A stretch of DNA of 63,614 nt, the filler included, from Klebsormidium nitens (taxonomy: Eukaryota; Plantae; Klebsormidiophyceae), in NCBI GenBank assembly GCA_000708835.1. It is 6 parts of 6 records of this genome, joined end to end, with 100 filler letters (N's around TTAATTAATTAA, not from the genome) between each part and the next. Parts side by side here need not be neighbours in the genome. Positions count along the whole stretch, not along the records: positions 8,815 to 31,016 come from DF237898.1; positions 31,117 to 58,951 come from DF237808.1; 4 more parts are not named here. One strand, given 5' to 3'. Below, piece after piece: positions 24,101 through 35,754 of this stretch. The notes below the pieces were generated by a model, which saw only the letters and a list, made by a program, of their open reading frames with translations, did not search any database and was not told the DNA's origin. Each line of letters begins with the position of its first letter. The first letter of the stretch is position 1. The position numbers were made by a program, and so were the translations under genes.

Positions 24101-27100
24101 TTGAATTGCGAATCCGTTTTTTTTGGGTCAAGTTGAAATGCGGCTTTCAAATTTGAACGCGTTCTTTTGGGGCCCGGTTCAGCTCTAGCAATACGCCTTC
24201 GATTTGCCAAGTTGTAGTCGATACCTATCACCCTTGCGTATGGCAGCGCTATTTTTGAACGATGAAAGTTATTTGGGGCTAGCAATACTTTCCCTAGAGT
24301 AAGTTTTTCGATTGCATCTACCTTTAGATTTATGAATTCCAAAGACGTCTTAGGCAGATTGAAGCACCAAGCAACGACCGGGTCGGACCCACTGACGAGC
24401 TTTATATATATCCAAAACAAAAGTTAAGGTTGCAACGTTGACGATCACCTTAATGCGTATATGACTTCACGATGACTGGCACGTACGTACTGGTCCCAAC
24501 GCACCAAGGAACACTCTCGAGAGTCTCCTGGCACTGTTCACTCAAGAATTTCAACCGAAGTAGTGCGCCTTTGTGCTCCCTAAAATCTTCCAGGCCATTC
24601 ATTTCCCCTTGATGTCCTTAATCTGGGCGCGACAGCAAATGGTTGCATACAGTTAAATAACCATCAATTATGCGTGTTCTCTGTGCTTCATCATTGTAGG
24701 AAGTACACCCGTCCTCAGTTCGTGCCCTCGCGTGGAGTCGGTTAATGGATTTTCTCTTGCCGTGTCATTCTTCAACTTTATTTGCCTTTACAATACTCCT
24801 GCCTTGGCGGCCGGGTTGGGCCCTCAGAATGAAGGAAGTTGCACGAGCCAGGTGGCGCATTGCTCAGCGGCGGCTGGAACATCCAGTGTCCTGGTGGGTC
24901 CCGCACCTCTCCTCGCAAAGACAAACCATAACACCATAATGTTGACCCAAGTATGAGTCGCTATATAAGCGCCGTGTCAAGTCGGATGCACATGAGTAAA
25001 ATATGGGGCCAGCCCAACTGGCAAATTGAATGTCAATACAGGTCTGCACGCTTAAGTTTGAGACTGCTTCAGAGCCTGATTGTTTCCCTCCTCTTGCCCT
25101 GCAATTGCAATCAGAGGCTGTTTGTATAAAGAAATCTCTCGAATCCAAAAACATTCGATGGATCAACGTTGCTTAACGGGGCCGCAGTTTCTCGTCCCTC
25201 ACAAATGTACATTTGTAACTTTACGCAGCTAAACTCCTTGTGCCCCCAACGCCTGCTTTGACGCCTGCTCCGACGCCACAGCCACCCGTGCCACGTAAGT
25301 TGCACAAGTTCCAATGGTCAGCTTTTCGATAGACGCTCTGCTATTCTGGTCTTCTGGGCTCCATCTTTTGATGTTAAGCGCCAAAAGAATGGACCACCGA
25401 ACGGTTGGTGTTCGCAATTGCAACCCCAGCTTGTTGGGGCTCCCGCTCTAGCGGGCAAAGCTGTCACGAGTGCACCACCGCATGAGTTGCATTCGGTCTC
25501 GGGTGAATAATTTCAAGTGTGCCCTCACTTCTTGGTAAACGGGCCAGGCCGAAAAAATGTAGATCTCTTTAGAACAGCGCTCGAGACTCGGACGAGTCGG
25601 TAACTTTGCCGGTAGAGAGGAACGATTCGAAATAGCAATCTGGATCTTAGACATGTATGTTACTGGATGTTTGGAGAGAGTTAGCTTGTCTTTAGAAGAT
25701 ATCAGGTGTTAATAGATTTATTCAAAGCCATGCCTAGTACGAATAACCTCGACAACTTCGCGTTTCTTGTTCTGCTTCTTCAACGCCAAAATTGGGCGTG
25801 CTTGGTAGCTTGCTTACACAACTTGGGCCGCAACTTGAAGTCACTTGATACTCGCAATCACGGATGTAGGGCCGACCGGTTACAAGAAACCGTAACCGTC
25901 GTTTTTGCTCCGCCCATATTTAGATTTATCGCATTCTAGGGCTGAAGTCACCCAACTTACTTCCACAGAAAGGAGTTGGTTGAATTCGAGTCCCTCGTAC
26001 CCTTTAAGCTTATCTAGAGACTCAAATCCAGACCCGGTACCTTGACAAGAATGAGAGAGCGTTTGCGTAGTACTTGCTAAACAGCCCAAGGATCTATTGA
26101 GTGCAACCTTTCAGACGGTCAAGCACGTCCTTTATTTTCTTTTTTGCAGGTGCAGTAACGCCCACATGCCCCACCATAGATTCGAACCCATTGACGCGAT
26201 TGGCGTGTTTGTACTCCGTCCAGCAGAGTGTTCCGCCCTTTACAGCTATGCTTGCGTCCTGTTTCTACAACACGACCGGTGACTGGCTCCTCCCGTTGGA
26301 GCCAGTGGATACTCCGAATATCTGCCCAAGTGAGCTGTAACATCCAAGGTCCGAAGGTCCTGTTTTTCCACTTTTCAAATTGTTCGAAGGGCTTTTCAGA
26401 AAACGGGAAGAAAAGGCAAAGAAAAGCGTTATTGGTTTTGTGACCGCGTGGCTCTCCACAAGGGATCTTTGCATGCGGTTATTTTGGAATCACGGCTTCT
26501 GAAAATAAACGCTGTCCTTTTAAACTTCGTGCAATATGCATTCGGTTCGCAAGCGGGACTAGGGCAGCGCTATTAACCATTTGAGGCAACCGTTGCACCG
26601 GAGTGGGTTGCCGAATTGCACGATCTACCTTCAGATCTCTGGACTCCAAAGACGTCAAACATTGAAGCACCGAACAACGACCCAAATGAGCGAGATGTTA
26701 AAAAAGGGTTGTAAGGTTTTACCTCTCTGACATAGTATCTTCATGCAAATTTGGCTTCACGATGACGGGCATGTAAATACAATCGTTCAGAACCAACGCA
26801 TCAAGAAACAATTTCAAGCGGGAGTCTCTTGTTGCCACCGTTCGCTCAGATCCCACCGATTGATTGTTGTGCCGCTGTCTCCCTACAATTGACCAGGCAA
26901 ACGAACTCCCATCGACGTCCTTTGGGCGCCCCAGCAAATTATCCTGTTCTAAATTGTACCTCCTCGTTTGTAGGTAGCACAACGGTCCCCAACCCGTGCC
27001 CTGGCGTGGTGTCGCTTGGTCTTCCCCTTGCCGTGTCAGTCAGCAGCTTCAAGTGCCTTTACACTACTCCTGCCGTGGTGGCCGGTTCCCTCAAGGAGGA

Positions 27101-27158
27101 AGTTGCACGTACGCGCCAAGTGGCGGATTGCTCGGCAGCTTCAATGTCCGATGTCCTA
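21114..27158 (+). CDS. Secreted modular Cys-rich repeat protein. Exons 21114-21179 (signal peptide), 21736-21868 (HRKLMQ pro-region), 22279-22482, 23111-23287, 23787-23978, 24700-24893 (frameshifted), 25229-25294 (Pro/Thr linker), 26150-26329, 26974-27158 (frameshifted); 3' end unresolved
   Basis: GT-AG boundaries; exon 1 to 2 is phase 0 and the intact downstream exons are phase 1-1 (204, 177, 192, 66, 180 nt); six homologous CP..CxY..CxY..G..CP domains; N-terminus MVAKSSLIGLFGLLCLVLHSAKVFA. Confidence 0.8.
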
Positions 27159-28619
27159 GTGAGTCCCGCACCTATCCTTGCATTAGAAAACCATGCGTTT
27201 TCCCATCGGTTTAGTTTTCCTTGGGGACAAAACAAATTAGCTGATATGATATTGCGGTGCAAGATAAGCACGCGATTTTCACTTGCTGACGGTTTATACC
27301 AATATTGCTACATAACATAGTCAATTCAGTCTTTGTCTCGTTCTGTTAATGGTCTCGACAAGCGAGTCCGCGCCACCAACTCGACGGTTGGAAGGGCATG
27401 TAGTGCGTATGAGCCGCTAATTCGGTGTCCCGTGTAATAGATTCGTTCGGCGAGCCCTGAGTCGAACCTCACCCTTCGAATGGGACTTGACTTGAACGGG
27501 AGCATTTTGCACAGCTGCATCTGTAAGCGGCACACTTTGACCAGCCACATGTGCCACCGTATTTACGGCCAATGAAGCGGTGTTCGTTCGAACCCACTTG
27601 CAGGGAATTGTGACTTTCTCATTGCAGGTCGACAACAGCCCCTACGCCACAGAAGGAAGGTTGCCCTGAATCTGATTCAATCCTTTGTTTCGATTTCCTG
27701 ATCAAGACCCGCTGTCGTGCTGATCATTACCTTGTTGGACTCGTGCAGCCCCCTCGCCTTCGCCGACCTCTGGTAGGTTTCCGTTCCTCCCCAATCTTGA
27801 CCGCCTAGCCGGATCCCATCTTAAACGACCAAAACATGAGCCAGTTTTTGAATTGACGAGTACTTCCGTTGATCAAATCTTAGGTTGCATCTCGTACAGT
27901 GATTGATGATATCGGATTGGACAGATTGAGCACTGCGCTTTCCCAGGTGTACAAGACACAAGTTTCCCGTTGGGTACGTAAATCTGCTCACCAAACCGGT
28001 CGATCAGGTGGGACGCAATATCAGTTCATCCGAATGCCAGGATGCACTGGGACCCTCGGGACCACGTTATTCATTCTCTTTCGTTGGCGTTCATGTCCGT
28101 CCTTAACTCTAACACTCGACATGTGCAGGCGTTTGATCCAGGAGACAGGGTAACAAGAAGCCGTTCCGCGCCAGGCTTTGGCCAGGATTCTGTAGATCGA
28201 GTTCGCGTTTGTAGGCTGTGAAATAGGGGGCGGGCAGAATCTACCTCGAGACAAAACAAGATTTCATCTTCTGCTGCCAGTTTAGAGACCACCGCCATGG
28301 CTTCAGAGTTCTTTTGACGGACCAGTAGTCCGTGCAGTTGCCTACGGCAGATATATATAGCACTGGACACCTTCAAAAACCTGCATAAAGTGCAGTGAAT
28401 GTCTTGAATCTCATGAGTACATCAACCGCGCCGCCGATGATCTTCTCGAGGGATAAAAGACTTGGAGTGTTAATCTAAGGTCCCTCTACGAACGATCCTT
28501 AACGCTTCTAAACGCAAAATACCTCGTCCGATCATGAAAATACTGTTTGTACGAAATTACATACACTGCATGGCTAATGAGTCATGACTGTGCAGCCAAG
28601 GCGACCATTCAATTAATGA

Positions 28620-30890
28620 CGTACGGCCAGGAATTGCTTGTACAGCTGGCGGCCGCCCAGTTCTTTTCGTGTGACGCTCAAATCCAGAAGCCTAGGATTG
28701 CGGGTGTCGCGTCGGTTTGGCAGCGCATTGAACGGGGCACAGGCGAGAGACTGGAGTTTCATGATCAGGAAGCTGGCAAAGCGAGCAAGCAACGAGTCGT
28801 TCATGTCAAGGAGGAGGGGTTGCGGGGTTGAATCCTTCCGACTTCTTCACTCCGGCTTTTAAAACGGTCGGATCAGGGGAGGGGCCGGCCCTTGGCACCT
28901 GCTGCTTGAAGAAATTCAGACGACGGTTTCGGAAGGCAGGAAAGGTTTGACATGTTCTGGAGCTCCCCAATCTGTCAGTATCGTGCGCCAGAATTTCAGG
29001 TACTTATCTCCAGGCAGTTGACTTCATACGGAGATTTGAAGCCTAAAGTGCCGGTGTGACACTTGAGAAGTGATTGTGGACTAGAGTCTTGCTCGACGGA
29101 AAGAACGAACCGGAAGGATCGGACGGATCATATCTAGCCGGAACCACAGAGCGGGGCTATTGTGGTCGTAAAGTTGAGGTGCCATGCAAATGGGCTCCCT
29201 GAGAGGCGCCTCTCGCTATCGAAGACAGCCGCTCAATTGCAGGTAATAAATTGACTCAAAAGACTGCAGATCCTGACTTCTGAAAGGAAGCCAGAATTGC
29301 TCTCAACGTGGGCGATTCTGAGAGGTCGCCGTTGATTCCACTGCTGAACGGCGTATCGGAATGTGCCGTCGAATTCAACGAACCGACCTCTTCGGGACAA
29401 GCCGGTTCTTCTGGTTGCGCCTCAGGCCGGATTGGGCGCCTCAGTACAATGCGTAGCGGTACAAACCTTCCAAACACCAGAAAGCCACAGCAGTTTCCTC
29501 ACTTTTGAAGTACAGGCGGTTGTTGTATTTTGGAAGACGGTCAGGTCGCCTCAGGGGACTACGAACGCGGGTTCCGCCGGTTCGTTAAGATGCTTATTCA
29601 CGTAGCTGCTTGTGCAGCAAGAAGGGTTGGCCAGTTTTCAGAGGCCGAAAGGTAGAAAGTGGCACGTACCAATCCTACGCGCAGAGCTGGCCGACCGCTG
29701 CAGGGGTTCTTTGCGACCGTATAGGCGCTGCGCGCGAGCGGGCTCCACCGGCAGTGATAGCCCGAGCATTATGCACCTAGTGCTGTGGACGGAGTTCCTG
29801 AAATGCAGTGGTTGGCGCGCGCGGGGCCGCGCGCAAATAGCAAGACCGCGGCGGCACCACTGCAGAAGCCGTGGCCTGCCTGCGGCGCGCGCCTCTGCGA
29901 AGTTTTGGGTTTTTGGTCTGAGAGACGATGGCGGCCGCCGAGCTGCCCACCGGCTCCGATCGGCTGCGGCAATCATACTTCAGCCGACGGACCGAAGAAG
30001 GTGACAGCGGGAAGACGTCAGCCGATTAGCTAGCAGCCGATGAATTGTGTTGAACGCGGCTCGGCGCCGGCCACGTTGCTGCAACGCTCGGCTGATCAGG
30101 CTGGAAAAAGGCGGAGTAGCGGAGAAGCTAGTACAGGGGAACTTGTAACGTTATCAGAAAACATGTTTCTGTGGAGGGGCATGAGGCAGTCAGTTTGGAA
30201 ATGGAGGATTAATGCAGCCATTCTTACGGGCCGGGGTGCGGGTGCATGGGAAAGCGCATTCCGAACCGTTCGCTCTGTAGATGCCGGACCCCATGTGGTC
30301 AGCAAGTGACTAGAAGCTGACCATGAGTTCGACAGCGCGGCGTGACTGCTGAGCGCGCGCGCGAGCACGCTCACGAGGTGGTCTCCGCGCCGCCAGCGCA
30401 AGGTCGCGCGCCTCGTGCGCGCTCTAAACCAGCAGACAGCGCCTCACGGCGACCGTGCTGCGCGAGGTAGCCCCGGCCGTATCAGAGAGTCTCGCGCAGC
30501 TACGCGCAGTCGGGCAACCTTTTCTCGGTACGTCGCGAGCTCTAAGTTCGCTGGACCTGACGTCCATATCCGCACCAGAACAGCATATGGTCGGGCGATT
30601 AATATCGATTGATGGCGTCACTTTGAATGCCCACAAGTTTGTTGCGTCGAGGCCTTCTAAGGTATTACGAACTTGTAAGATCTTCTAGACGAGGCAATTG
30701 GCGGCGCAGGTGGCCTCGCTTGATTTTCATTGGAGTCTGCCCGCGGCGCGGCGCGGCGCGAACCGCGTAGTGGTGGAACTCGATCCGAAGTGGCGAAGAC
30801 CGCAAAAGAAACCACGGAATCACGTGTACTTCGAACGAGAATGGTTGCAAGAGCCTGAAAAGCCGTTTAAAATTTTTCGAAGACTGTGAT
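28620..30890 (+). pseudogene. Possible decayed multi-exon gene fragments
   Basis: Exon-like pieces such as VASGDYERGFRRFVKMLIHVAACAARRVGQFSEAE (about 29546-29652) and RVVVELDPKWRRPQKKPRNHVYFEREW; no family recognised. Confidence 0.2.
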
Positions 30891-31254
30891 GGTTGGCCAG
30901 CTATATGCAGGGAGCTGGCAGGATAACTACACACGATCAGCTAACATGTGCGGAAACCATGAAAGCAGGCGTTCTCAAGCAATGGCGCAGCTCAGAAAAA
31001 TTGTTGTCTTTCTGCTNNNNNNNNNNNNNNNNNNNNNNNNNNNNNNNNNNNNNNNNNNNNTTAATTAATTAANNNNNNNNNNNNNNNNNNNNNNNNNNNN
31101 NNNNNNNNNNNNNNNNGAGCTGTAACTCACTTATCGCACCCGTCCGAGAGGGCAATCAACGGTTTGAAATGACCAGATAGCCCTGCCACGTGCTTAGCGG
31201 CGTGCTCGGCTGAGCGCTATCCGGCGATCTGGTGTCAATGTTAGCGGTGCGCAC

Positions 31255-31480
31255 CGTCTGGTACCCAAGCTGGGGTTTTTCAGGCTAACAGGAACCTCCC
31301 GGTGGGTACCAGGCAGGCAATTGCCGGCTAAAATACCCGCGTCCGGTAGGTACCAGTGAGATATACCCCCGGCCGGCGCGGGGTATATCAAGCTGATATA
31401 CCCCTGAGTGGGTACCGCGGCCTGATATACCACGTACCGGCTTCGACGCCTGGCAAGGCCGGTTGGATACGAGAAATATA
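31255..31480. mobile_element. Palindrome-rich element with repeated (T)GATATACC and GGTACC motifs in both orientations
   Basis: agatatacccc, ggggtatatca, tgatatacccc, tgatataccac plus several ggtacc. Confidence 0.45.
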
Positions 31481-32590
31481 GCCCGGCAAAATGGTTGAGC
31501 GAAAAACCCGGACGGGCGATAAGACTGTTTATCGAGGAGGTGAACCGTGCGGCGCCACAAGATCTTGTTTTCGCTGAATCGGTGCCTTTACTCCGCCGAT
31601 CTGGCGCACTTGAACGGTACGGACCACGTAAGTAAGTACCTGGCCGGTAAGTCTCGGTCCTCCACCCGGTTCAGCCTCCCGAGTCGATGTATCGATGGTG
31701 GCTCGACGCATAGGTACTGGATTTTGTAGTACGGTACGTACTTCGAACAATCTGCAAGCCTGCTTCTTGTGTCAAGTTGTATCTTTGGATTGAGCATGGT
31801 TTCTGCGACTGCGTCCAGTTTAGACTGTTACACTACTACTGGTAGTTCAATGCTTGACCATTATCGTATATTGACATAAGCAGGATAAACCTGCGGTAAT
31901 GCCAGTACGGTACCCGGGGCACGACAGAGGACTCTGACTCCGACTCTGAGCCCGGGAGGCCGGGCCGCCTTGCATGAGTCGTGAATCGTGATCCCACTCA
32001 AAGTCAAAGTGACGTGTAGGCTTCGAAATAATTGCGGGGAAGCAGATTAATAGGAATGCGCCATGTGGCGCAAATCGGACGATTTAAAAGGCAAGGGAAG
32101 TTCTGAACCGTCCAGGAGTTGGTTTGTCGTTTCTGGGGAAAATTTAGGTACCTAGGACGCACCGTACAAGTGCGTGGGTAGGTACCAGCCAGTACCAGCC
32201 CTGACTCCTGAGCCCACAATCCTTCGCGAAGTTCAGATCGATGATTGAATGGTTCGCCGTAAACCGGGCAACTCCCTCTCGATTCTATGAAGGGTAAGCG
32301 CCAGGAAGGGTAACATCAACACTGAACTGAAAACCTAAACCTAAACTTTACACGCTCCGCACCCGTACCCACCCTTTAACCCCCGGCCAAGCTAACCCCA
32401 CCCGTACCCGTTACCCTTCATGAATTCGAGATCGGAATGTAAAACCGGGATCGCCGCCTTTTCAGCCTGCTTCGTTCGATGTCCAAGTTCAAGGCTCCGA
32501 CTCCGATCAAAACAACCGTAGCCTTGCCAGATAGGTTAAACTGGGCACGATCAGACTCAGACTCACTAAGGTTGTTCACACCTGATTTAT

Positions 32591-32895
32591 TTTCTACCGG
32601 CGGCGTCGGATCAATCCGTCGCCGGAGTTGGCCATTTTCGACGGAAAACGAGGGTTGTTCGCACTGCGCTTTTGACGGGGCTCTCCGGTGCCGGGATCGA
32701 GATCACGTGCCAAAATAATAAGCTGGCCGCGCGGTTCCACGGGCTTTCGATATCGACGGAGCAATCCGGCGACGGACATCTCCGGCGCCGGAGGAAAGTT
32801 GTTCCAAAATTCTCCGTCGACGCCGGTGATGCTCCGTCGACGGAAATTTTGGATTTTCGACGGAGTACAGTGGCCGCCGGCGCCGGCGGCAGAAA
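32591..32895. mobile_element. MITE-like element, about 305 bp, with a 19-bp imperfect TIR and internal CGACGGA repeats
   Basis: Left tttctaccggcggcgtcgg versus reverse complement of right end tttctgccgccggcgccgg (16/19); repeated cgacgga/tccgtcg. Confidence 0.55.
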
Positions 32896-33350
32896 TTTTG
32901 TGCTAGTGTGAACAACCTATCAGACTCAGAGTCAGCACACTTGCGCCGGCGGCCCTGCATTGGCTTTTGTGGCGCGCTGCAGCTGAAGACTACGGTAGCT
33001 CACGAGTCAGAGCCACAACAAAGCCAGAGCACAGCACATCAAAGATCAGAGTGCGCTCTAAGATGGCTGAACACCCTCGTCCTTGGTAAGATTTCTGATA
33101 GGGAGTCTCCCATGACCACGGGCCTGTCAGTGATGGACCATGGGTGATGCGCGCAGCTGGCATTGAATGTAATACTATCAAAGACAGCGCAACATTGTAT
33201 AGCCTGCAGTAAGAGAAGCTGCAGCTGCATCATTTAGCTAGAGAGACATCCTCCAACTTTGGCCAGGCACAAGTTGCGATACTGTTAGTTGCATCTTGCC
33301 CAACAGACAAATGTGACAGCCTCACCAGCGAAGGTGATCGCGTTCTAGAT

Positions 33351-34831
33351 ATGGCAGGCAATATGTTGAACCAATTGGAGGACCTGTTGCGACGCTTTGC
33401 TGTTTGGTTTTTTGGCCTCTTTGCCCGCCTTGCAGCCTACTTCGACGATTCAGCAGCATTTGATCATGCTACAGCTCTAAAGAATGTGGTGACAATCAAC
33501 ACCCGGCAGCATTGGGACCTGGCATTTGAAGAAGCAGAGAGGGAAGGCAAGGAGGTGAGGAGCGGTGGCTTGAGCTGATGATTGCAATCTGGAGCGGATT
33601 TATGGGCTTGAGCCAACATCCCAACGTCTGCAAAGCACTTCCGATGCGATGGTTTGTTTCTGGTGACTGTCTGGATGGCGCCCGTACTACGATTGCCAAC
33701 AATCATAAGATCTTTGGGCCTTTCCTACATTTGTCTCAAGAGTTGGGAACATTGCAACTAATGATCTGACATGGTACAAGTGGTTTGAAACATATTTAAC
33801 GTGTGAAGTTGCATTCCACATTGAGAACTCAGTCTGACAAAATGCTTGTGGCAAAGCATATTGATCCTTCTGATTGAGATGTCTGCACATGTCCTCAAGT
33901 TTTGTTGATCATATGTGCTATCTTTGCATCACCTGCGCTGTGCTCATCAACTCCCCAATCTGCCTTGTCAGTGTGGTGGTACACCCACTGAGCTTACAGT
34001 GTCCTGGTTGAGGAAGTAGTGGGACTCTGACAGGCTCTAGATTGGGCGCCCACATGACTGACAGTTCAAAAATCAAACATTCGCAGCTTGCCCCCTTCCT
34101 TTGTGCCGAGGTTCTTTGCAGCTGTTGTCAGGTCTGTAAATGTCAATCTTTAAGGGCGCATTCTTGTCCTGACAGACCACGTACTCACAGAAATCGCCGC
34201 AAACCTGTGCTGTTAATGTCTAGCGGTGGTATGTGTGCATGCCTTAAGTACAAGGCAACAAAACCTCTGCCATAATGCTTATGCTTAGCTTCAAGTGCGC
34301 CAAATCCTTGCAAGCATCATGCTTTTGATCATGGTTGCAGGGTATCCTTGCATACTTCACAAAATGGTCATCCCCACCTTGCAAGTTCGTGCGGCCTTGG
34401 TTCGCGGAGCTCTCGGAAAAGTATTCCAACCTCAAGTTCCTCATGGTGTATGTGGAAGACCTAGAGGTGAGTGGCCGCTTTCGGTCAATGACCAGATGGC
34501 GGAAATGCTTCACTCTCACATAATGTCAACAAGGGTACTGAGCTCTGTGTCCGTGCTTCAATGAAGACGTTCTTACCTGCAAATGACAACTTCGATTGTC
34601 TTGTTTCTCCAAAAGACCTCATCTCATCCCTTTCAGGAGCTCGCGGTTGAAGCTGGGGTGAAGTTCATTCCAGAGTTCCAATTTTTTCACGAAGGTAAAA
34701 CGGAAAAGGTGCAAGGAGCAAAACGAGATCAAGTAGAGGCTCTTCTGAAGAGAAAAATAGGGCATTCAATGGTTCAACGGACACAAACTAGAACTATAGA
34801 GGAGCAAAGTCGGAGCAAAAAGGCCAATTGA
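33351..34831 (+). CDS. Atypical thioredoxin h-like protein (SPPC site); exons 33351-33554, 34341-34466, 34637-34831
   Basis: NVVTINTRQHWDLAFEEAEREGKE/GILAYFTKWSSPPCKFVRPWFAELSEKYSNLKFLMVYVEDLE/ELAVEAGVKFIPEFQFFHEGK; phase-0 introns at plant Trx-h-like positions. Confidence 0.8.
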
Positions 34832-35754
34832 ATCTACAGTAGTTGTAACTACTGTATTTTTACCGTGGTTGACAACACGGCATGGGATACGGATGGTGAA
34901 CCACATGTAAAGCTAGCGTTACTAACTGTCATGTTTATGTCGAGGATGGACTCACCGGCGGGTGCACCTCTGCGCAAAGCTATGCTAGTCAGTGGACGTG
35001 CCAGACTTTCTCACTGCAGCTAGGTCATCATGTGTGCGCCTTCTTTCAAATCCCATATACAATGTACGTGTGTCGCATATACTTAGTGTACGATAAGCAA
35101 GGTACGTTTATATTCGGGCGGGGCCCGGCCGCTCTTCTGCCGTTGCAATGGCCGCCCACTGATTTATCAGAGTCATTGAATGCCTCATGCAGTGTCCAGG
35201 CTGCAGACCTCGACATCTAAATATATTTAGATTTGAATTACGTGGGCCGGGCCGGGTAGCCACATGCAAATTTGTGCGGCACATCGTGGCCAGCCTGATC
35301 GATCTAGAAGTGCAATAAAACTCATATGATGCATGCACATGTGATCATCAGAGGCCGGAAAGTTGATTCCGACAAGATCGGGGCGGCAATGGTGTTGCTC
35401 ATATGGCTCTGATTAAGCACTTTCTTGTCAGTTGATTCAGATTGTAGCCAAATATTCGAAAATCTCAAATCTAGGTATAACAACACATCGCTGCGCCGCA
35501 TTACGTATTATGGTCGATTCTGACTGCACTTGACTCAATTGGACCTGGATTATGTCGTCGAACCCCAGCCAGGACCTGTTACAAACATATGCATGATGCT
35601 TCAACTCAGTTGTTCGTCTTATTTGCGAACTAACTTATCAACTTAGCGACTTGAGTGTATCATACGTGGACAGGCTTCAGGTCTGTTGCGGAAGAGATGT
35701 TGAACTGGAATTGCTGTACAGAGTCATTTGCTGGTCGAGGCATCCATTTCGAAT

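Noticed and set aside
27628-27701. Candidate terminal exon of the Cys-rich gene (GRQQPLRHRRK..* or STTAPTPQ)
   Set aside because: Frame and phase are ambiguous; left out of the model
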